A DNA stretch of 57,347 nucleotides, the filler included, from Jimgerdemannia flammicorona (Eukaryota): NCBI GenBank assembly GCA_003990765.1. It is 2 parts of 2 records of this genome, joined end to end, with 100 filler letters (N's around TTAATTAATTAA, not from the genome) between each part and the next. Parts side by side here need not be neighbours in the genome. Positions count along the whole stretch, not along the records: positions 28,737 to 57,347 come from RBNJ01000549.1; 1 more part is not named here. One strand, written 5' to 3'. The notes beneath the pieces were generated by a model that was given only the letters and a program-made list of their open reading frames with translations, searched no databases and was not told the DNA's origin. Position numbers and translations under genes: made by a program. Shown here one piece after another: positions 49,319 to 57,347 of the stretch (its first letter is position 1; every line of letters begins with the position of its first letter).

Positions 49319-50836
49319 TGTCACGTAGTGGTCGCTGAGTCCTTCAAATACGCCAGATTCTCTTCAAGGTGTATCTCTTAGACTAACTCAAGTTTGTTAT
49401 AAGCAAGTTCTTATTGGAGTGCTTTCCCAAGGTCTTATAGTCCTCAAACTTCTTATCTTAACTGTCTTGTTATCTCTTAGATTGCTTGCAAGGAAGTGTG
49501 TATAAGTGAAACCGGAACTTGACTTTATTTCAGAGGAAATAAGAGGGGTATTTATACAAAATATAATTCAATGGTTGCTAAGATATAAAGCTAAATATAA
49601 ATTCCAATAACTAAAACTACTAAGTTCCAGGGCTGGTATTGTTGGTTGTACAGGTTCAGGATGCTGGCATTATCCAGTATTACATCAAAATACCGGTGCT
49701 GGAACAATTTCGCGTCACCTCAGAATACCGGTGCTGGTATTATCTAGTGTTACATGAGAATACCGGTGCTGGCATTATCCAGTGTAACAAAGAACTTAGA
49801 GCAGAAAGTTCAGGACCATGGGGGCTTCATCATTATCATCATCATTGAAGGAGATGAGATCCACGAATTCGTCATGCAGGTCACGCGTCTCGCATACTTC
49901 AGGTATGTCGATGTCGCGCAGGATGACGTCATCGATGACGTCATCATGTTCGATAGTGGCGGGAAAATCGGGGACAAGATCTGGAGCTCTCCAGTCTATG
50001 AGGTTCTCTTCCACAAAATAGGGGACAAATGTAGGGTCTTGGGGGGATCTAACTCAGATGCTTGGGCCTTGGAATACTGAGATCAATCCTTGCAGGAATT
50101 GGTCTGGGTTGTCCTGAAGGATGGGGTGCTAGAAGTCTTCTACTTCTTCACTGTTGAGAGTGATAGTGGACTGGGCTTCTATAGCCACCCTGGCTTCTAG
50201 TGCATTGATGCGGCGAGATGACAGGTCTCTGAAATCTGAGACTCTAACATACTCCAGGTTGGGAATCGACCATGGTGCATGCCTGAAGATCTGATGGATC
50301 TTCTTAGCTGTCCTCATTTCACGTATATCCATGGGAGTGGCATCTTGTAGCTCTTGGGTGCTGGCCTGTGGGAACTCCCGGCAGAGGAGGTTTTCTATTT
50401 CGTACTCCTGCTACATTTGAAGGCATTCAGTGGTGATGGTGATCCTTGTTTCCATTTCACGGCGGTAGAGGATAAAGTGATAGGGGTCTGCAGTACCCAG
50501 GTAGATACTAGGAGTCCTTCTTGAGCGGGTCTCCATGGCTCTTCTGATGTCTTGGAACATCCTTTCTTCAACCGAGGTGCCTTGGTGGTTCCTTGACCTT
50601 GAGGTTTGGCGGGTGGCAGGCATTTCGTTTGTGGTAAATCTTTGAGCTATTTTGGGATTGGTGGTTCTTGTTGGTTGCTGCTACTGCGGTTTCTTGATCC
50701 TTCTTTTATATTCTTCAGGATGCTTGTGCTGTAGTCACAATGACTCACAGTTGGTCATCATTGCTCATCTTGTATGCCATATGATCTTCTTGTGCTTCAA
50801 TCTGGTGGATGTCATTATTCTGGGGTCACCATTACA
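49319..50836 (-). mobile_element. LTR family C, second less-mutated copy
   Basis: TGTAAT...GTGACA on the minus strand; reverse complement of 30734-32362; flanks TTAT/ATAT are an imperfect TSD. Confidence 0.88.
49796..50623 (-). pseudogene. Family C accessory ORF (276 codons, three transition-derived stops)
   Basis: Listed ORFs 50411-50623, 50129-50332 and 49796-50014 share one frame; the stops are TGG>TAG and CGA>TGA type. Confidence 0.85.
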
Positions 50837-53800
50837 ATATTAAAGGGTTATATATTTAATACTATATATCAGAAGAAATTCTGATATTATTCACTGCTGG
50901 AGAATTTTCTTTAAGGAATCTTCTTAAATATCTATATCTTATTTTCCATCAGTAATATAGAGAGTATAGGCCGACTTTCAGTTTTGCTATTTTTCTAGAG
51001 AGTCAGTATTCTTTATTCTTGATTTGCTGAGTTTTTAATTTTATTTATAATAATTATAAGAGTGCTTTTAACAATGTTTGGGAGAGATAATATATAGTAT
51101 AGGACTAATAAGTATTAGGGTATTTGAGTTTAGTTATTTAAGAAATTATATTTCTGAACTAAGTTAATAGCATTCTGAAGATTGGTTTTGAGTTTGTATA
51201 TTATATCATAGATTGGATAACCTTTCTATTTGATAATGTATTCTGGATGGTTCTTGTAACTATATTTGTTAAAAATTTATTCAACTTTATATTCTTTTTG
51301 ATCATTAATGATAACAGGTATAGGTAGTTTATTAGTTTGGTTTATCATTATTTTCATTATATTGCTTGAGATATTGAATATTGAAGATGGAGTGAATCTT
51401 AATAGTATCTAGTAGTGACAATTTGTAGAAAGTTAGAGAGACTTGTATGATGACTTCAAATGGTCTGATGAACTTACTGTTCAGTTTTATAAATAGTCTG
51501 TACTTAAGGTTATCAACTTGATATCCTTGAATATCTAGTAGAACTTTTTCTCTAATATTAAAAGTTTCTTCTCAGCAGTACTAGTTGATATACTATAATT
51601 ATTATTCTTGAGCTTGAGATAAAATTTTAATTATAATCTGGTTTAAGTTATATATTTAGAGTAGGAATTCTTCAATGACTTTGATAGTGGAGAGTTCATC
51701 AGTAGTTCTGAAAAGTATCAGAGGGATGTTTGGGTTTTGTTCTATATTGGTGAAAAATGGAGTTATTCTAAGATAGACTTATTTGTTATTATTGTAGACA
51801 AACTCAACTATAATAAGATATTTATTCCAATATTCTTGCCTGTAGGAAATATAGTTTTTTAGTATTTGTTCTAGAGTTCAGTTCATTCTTTCAGTTTGGC
51901 TATCAGCTTTGGAGTAAAAGGCTGTGGATAGTACAAGTTTTATTCCAAGATATATATATAGAGTTTTTCAAAAATAGCTGGTAAATTTTAGATCTTAGTC
52001 ACTAACAATAATCTTAGGAAAACCATAATAGCAGAAAATATTGTCAAATAAGAGTATAGTAATTTCAAATGTTATTACAGTTGTAGTAGTAGGTATAAAG
52101 AGGGTTTATTTGCTAAGATAGTCTATAAAGACAATAATTACATCTTTCTCATTTTTGGTTTAGGGTAGTTATATAATAAAGTTCATAGAGATTTGTTCTC
52201 AATTAGTAGATAGTACTGAAATAGGATAGAGTAGACCAGGTTTTGCTAATATTGAGGACTTATTACATTAGCTGATATTATAGAAAGTGATATAGGTCTT
52301 TAATAGATCTATTATATGAGACTAATAGAAGTTTTAGAAAATAACTTTATAGCATTTGTCAAATTCTAAATGTCCAGCTATAGGGGCATTATTATATTCA
52401 AATAGGACAGTTCTTCAGAGGTCTCAATTGTTAGAGATATATAATCTATCCTTATAATAAATAGTATTGTCCTTCAGTTGGTATTAGTAATATTAGAAGT
52501 CCTTATCAATATCATTACTATTCAGGATTTCTCAGAGTGCTTGAGCTTCTTTATTATTAGTATATACTGCAATAATTTGTTCTATAATAGAGTTAGTAAC
52601 CAAGATGAGAGTTTGTATGACTTTTTTGATTGATGGCCTGAAAATTATATCAGCAATAATATTCTCCTTATCAGGATGATACTGGATTTAATAGTTAAAA
52701 TTGGTGAGAACTTTCATCCATCTGGCTTGCTTTCAAGAAAGAGTAGTCTGGATTTTAATATTGACTAATAATTTGTAGTCTGTCAATATAGTGAGTATGC
52801 TTCTTCAAGATATAGTTGACATTTGATCAGAGTATTTATAATAGCTAATATTTTCTTCTCATGGGTTATATAGTTGATTTTGGCATCATTGAACTTGTGA
52901 GAGTAGTAGGCTATAGAGTATTATTCTTGTATGAGTATTGCTCTAAGAGCTAGATCAGAGGCATCAGTAGTAACTTCATATAGTAGAGCAGGGTTTGCTA
53001 CTTAGAGTACTGGAGTAGTTATCAAGATATCTTTCAGTATTTGAAAGGCTATATCTTGTTTAGATCTCCAATTTATAAGATTATTGAAGTCTTTTTCTTA
53101 CTTTGTGGTCTAAAGCTGTTCTTCTTTTTTACTATGCTTGGTTATTTAGATAAGAGCAGTAGCAATCTTGGTGAAGTTTGTAATAAATCACTGATAATAG
53201 TTTTCTAGTCCCAGGAATGACTGAAGGTCTTTCAACTTCTTAGGTCTGGACCATTCCTTAATTGTGGAGATTTTGCTAAAATTTACTTTAATTCTATTGA
53301 GAGTAATGATATATATATCTAAAGAATTAAATTTCCTTCAGGAGAAATTCACATTTGCTAAGTTTTATAAAGAGTTAGTTTTCTCAAAGCTTCAATAGTA
53401 CTAGTTCAAGGTATTTAAGATATTTCTCCAGAGTTTTGCTGAAGACCAGGATGTTATCAATATAGATATATAATAATAAATTTATCTAAATATAAGTATA
53501 GGATAATATTCATCAGTATCTAGAAGGTTATAGGAGTATTAGTTAAGCCAAAAGGCATAGCCAGGAACTCAAAATGTCTATAGTGAGTTCAGAAGACAGT
53601 TTTATAAACATCTTCTTCTTTTATTGTAATTTATCAGTAACTATTTTATAGGTCAAAAGTGCTTATAAACTATGGATTGATAAATCTATCAAATATTTCA
53701 TTGATTTGGGATAGTGGGTAGCAGTTCTTAATAGTTTGCTCATTGAGGTCATAGTAATCTATGTATATTCATAGGTTTTCTTCTTTCTTGCTAAAAAGAG

Positions 53801-54346
53801 AACTGATGTACTATAGGGTAATATACTAGATCTAATGAATTTTTGTTCTATGTAGGAGTTTATTAATCTCGTTTTTGAGTGTATTAATTTCTCTAAGAGA
53901 TATATAGTAGATTGACTTGAAGACAGACTTAGCATCTGAGATGGTCTTGATGGTATAGTCTACTCCTCATTTAGGTGGTAAACCTTTTGGGAGTTTTTTT
54001 TGGAAATATATCTCAGAATTTCTGAAGTAGGGGTTTAATATAACTGCCAACTTTGAAAAAAGTCTTCTTCAAGATTCTCAGATTCTTCTTTGGATAGCAA
54101 TATAGAGATAGAAAAGAGAGAGTATTTCTTGACTAGTTTTTTGAGTTATAGCTTATTGATGTAGATGATCTTTAGACCTAGATTGCTAGAACTAAGTGGG
54201 TTTTTTTCACCTTATAGTTTGAAATTATGGCATCCTTTCTTAATGGTAAGAGAATGATTTACCCAATCAATCATAAGGTTCTCTTATTTTAATTATAGAG
54301 TTCCAAGGATAATCTTATTATCAGGAAGTAGTATAATTTAAAGAGT

Positions 54347-54358
<12 letters not shown>

Positions 54359-54394
<36 letters not shown>

Positions 54395-55135
54395 ACAGCC
54401 ACCACAAACTGGCCACGGAAGATTTATTTTCTATAAATGACAGGACCTAGGTCAAATATCGGATGCAGCAAAATGAAAAGAAAAAAATCGCTAAAAAGAT
54501 GTACAAAGGCAGGAGGATCTATACAAATGCCAAAGATACAAAACCCACATGCACGAAGCACAAAATGGATTAACGTGTGAGAAATGTACATTAAAAAAAT
54601 TGTGAAAGAGGTGCTAGATAGCGAGTACAAGTACATGAATACGGTTGAAAATGTTCTAGCTAAACAAATCAGAATTTCTGATTACGATCGCTCGCCACAG
54701 AGACGACGGGCCAGCTGGATATCCTTGGGTTGGATGGTGACATGCTTGGCGTGGATCGCAGCCAAGTTGGTGTCTTTGAAGAGGGCAACGAGGTAAGCCT
54801 CAGAGGCTTCCTGGAGAGCACCAGTGGCAGACGACTGGAAACGCAGATCAGTCTTAAAGTCCTGGGCAATTTCACGGACCAGACGCTGGAAGAGCAGCTT
54901 GCGGATGAGGAGTTCGGTGGATTTCTGGTAGCGATGGATCTCACAAAGAGCGACGGTACCAGGGCGATAACAATGGGGCTTCTTGATACCACTAGTAGTA
55001 GGTGCCGACTTGCGAGCGGCCTTGGTAGCTAGCTGCTTATGGGGAGCCTTACCACCAGTAGACTTGTGAGTGATTTGTTTGGTACGAGCCATTTGTACGT
55101 GTGTATGTGTTTTGGTTTGGATGCTTTGCTGAAGT
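54359..55135 (-). other. Retrotransposed H3 mRNA (5' UTR, CDS, 3' UTR, poly(A))
   Basis: Poly(T) at 54359-54393; approximately 15-bp TSD AAGAGTAATATATAT (54341-54355)/GAAAGTAATATATAC (55136-55150). Confidence 0.85.
54682..55092 (-). pseudogene. H3: Histone H3 processed retrocopy (ORF still open, 136 aa)
   Basis: [31 protein letters not shown]...RRLCGERS; intronless; many R>H/C changes at invariant residues. Confidence 0.92.
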
Positions 55136-55589
55136 GAAAGTAATATATACTTAGTAGTTGTCAATTCTAAAGAGTAGGTTGTGTACTTCCTTACTAATAA
55201 CATATAAGGTTCTATCAGCTATAGCAACTGCTTGAGTTTATTATACTAGAGAGGTCAAGACTTTAAGTCTGTTGACTGTTTTCTCATTAATTAAATTGCT
55301 AGAGGTACCACTGTCTATCATGATTTTAATAGATACTTGATTAATAAAAGCTTAGAGAGTAAGCAGTTTATCTGATCCAATAGTGGTGATTTCAGTTATA
55401 GAGAATTTCCTTCTCTTAGTTCTTCTTTGGATCAGTTTATTAATACAAGAGAAGCAATCATTAATTATTTGGAAAGAATATATTCTAATACTATAGAGAC
55501 ATTGGCCACTTAGTATAAATCTATCTTCAATTTTATTATAAAATTATTTCTCTTTATTTGTGATGGGTTGGGCTTGGACTTTGTTTGAT

Positions 55590-55985
55590 GAGCCAAATTC
55601 TTTGAATCCTCAGATAGTAGATAGTAGTTTAGGAACTTTCTTGACTATCAGAGTTGATTCAATTTTTTTGAATAAAATTTAAGCAATATAGTAACTGATA
55701 GAGATCTTGAATAGTGTCTAACTATGGTTTTGGATGAGGATAATGATTTCATCTGTATAATCTTCATCAATGATTTCTCCTTCTACTGAGAGTTCTTTTA
55801 ATGCTAGGCTGTTGTGACAATATATCCTTCCAATATATTCTTCAGGAATTTGAATGCTGATTCCTGTATAGACTTTCTTAACTTCTCAGTTAGAAACTGT
55901 AACTTCTTCAGCTATATATAGATTATATTCAGCTGCTTTTTGGCTTTCTTTTGTTGGGGCCATAGCTGTTGTCCTTAACTTGACA
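55590..55985 (-). pseudogene. dut: dUTPase domain of Gypsy E
   Basis: APTKESQKAAEYNL, TGISIQIP, HNSLA, EIIDEDYTDEI, I*GFKEFGSS. Confidence 0.82.
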
Positions 55986-57203
55986 AAGTCCAGTATCTTG
56001 GTAGTCAGATTGTTGAGATAATACAAGGTGGTAACAGTTGCTTGTACATATTGCTGTTTGGGGTTTTTAGTTGGAGCAGACACTGGCTATATGTCCTGTC
56101 TTTAGCAATAGAAGTATGCTCTACTTCTTCTGAGTTTGTTTTTTTCTCCTTCTATGAGTTTCTTTAAAGTACTTGGTTGGGTAGGTTTAGGATTTTAAGA
56201 TGTCTATGAGGTAGATATAGAGGGAGCTCAGAATGCTTCATACTTGAGTTCTTCTTTTTTGGTCTAAGATTTTTCCTTGTTATTGAATTATCTTTGAGGC
56301 AGAATTGGTCCTACTGTTAGAATTCACTTGATCATAGTCTTGATTCTTACCAGGTACTATTGTTAGTGATTACAACTAATTGGATATTCTTGTTCTCAGA
56401 TCTTTCTTATCAGCCATTCTGGTAGTATATCAAATAAATGGTCTGCTTTTGTACTATTTCATACTTCATCATTGGCAATATATCTTAGACCAACAGTGTT
56501 CAGGAGTAACTTAAGTTTTATATAGAAGGTTTCAAATTCCTTCTTACTATATATATATGTCAAATTTGAGATTGTAGAGTTTAACTTGGAATTTGACAAT
56601 CAGGGTTTCACTATGATATTGAACAATTATAAGTTGTTTGAGTTCAGGGGCTATAGAGTAGTCTCTATATTCTGAGGTATTATTTGCTATATTTTGAGCA
56701 ATAACTACAGGTCAGGTATTCTATATGAGAGGTTTTTCTAGAAGAGTTTGTCACTATTCTTTGGCAGATTCTCAGAAGAATATAACAACTCAATGGATAT
56801 AAGCTGTAGTAGTAGCAAAGAGTTATTTGATAGTGTAATCTTAGTTATTTGTCAGAAGGTAATTAGCAACTTATTCATTGGTCTATTGGTTGGCTTTGAA
56901 ATTGATATCAACTATACTAATAAAGCTTTGGACTTCTTATATAGTACTATTAAAGGTAGGTAGACTTAGACATTTTATTGATCAGGTCTGTTTAGCTAAG
57001 GCAGTAATGATTGCTACCATTATGACTATCTGGGCTGTAAGATCTAGAATTTATTAGTTTGCTATATTATTTACTAGAGACAGTTGGACTACTAATAGTA
57101 GAGTTACTGGTATGACTTAAGATACTGGTGCAGAGTGTGATAGTGTTCTTTAAGTCTATATAAATTGCTAAAGTATGTAACTATTGCAGATCTGGTGTAA
57201 GGG

Positions 57204-57204
<1 letters not shown>

Positions 57205-57249
<45 letters not shown>

Positions 57250-57347
57250 TTTTTTTTTTTTTTTTTTTCCCCTTTTTTTTTTTTTTTTTTTTTTTTCCAT
57301 CCTCCTTTTTTTTTTTTCTTTGTTCCCCTTTCTCTTTTTTCTTTTTC
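57205..57347. repeat. Long poly(T)/pyrimidine tract, possibly the tail of a further minus-strand retro-insertion
   Basis: About 140 nt of T-rich sequence running to the window edge. Confidence 0.6.

Larger units (their letters stand above)
50837..57190 (-). mobile_element. Second chromodomain Ty3/Gypsy element (family E), heavily decayed
   Basis: CCHC knuckle near 56100, dUTPase, MIDSGTSSNLI (PR, about 55310), IDNILVFS (RT), RH, IN, chromodomain EYKVE*I...YIIK*KGYP near 51160-51295. Confidence 0.85.

Noticed and set aside
49319..50836. LTR C as the 3' LTR of Gypsy E
   Set aside because: No PPT at the junction and much less decayed than the adjacent pol; more likely a later insertion, although its TSD is imperfect
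54682..55203. 173-aa N-terminally extended H3, or H3 as cargo of the Gypsy element
   Set aside because: The extension runs through the 5' UTR and TSD into Gypsy sequence; poly(A) plus TSD indicate a later insertion

Overview
Eukaryotic genomic DNA, most likely fungal. The H3 sequence, short introns and kelch-TM gene family suggest Mucoromycota (inference). About 70% is nested, C-to-T hypermutated transposon sequence: a Copia element holds a chromodomain Ty3/Gypsy element (6095-19557), which holds a 2 kb solo LTR and a LINE fragment carrying two hAT-type foldback MITEs. A near full-length L1/Tx1-like LINE, more LTRs and a second chromoviral Gypsy follow; the latter contains a histone H3 retrocopy. 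A CpG-rich host island (about 32.4-48 kb) has a two-exon helical-repeat gene and a tandem array with one intact and four broken kelch/TM receptor-like genes. Main novelty candidate: four different LTR families carry the same accessory gene family (conserved helical N-domain plus acidic tail) behind its own TATA box, either between pol and the PPT or inside U3. Both Gypsy elements also encode a dUTPase and a small Cys/His motif between gag and protease, a complex-retrovirus-like organisation. All alignments were done by eye; boundaries in decayed regions are approximate.
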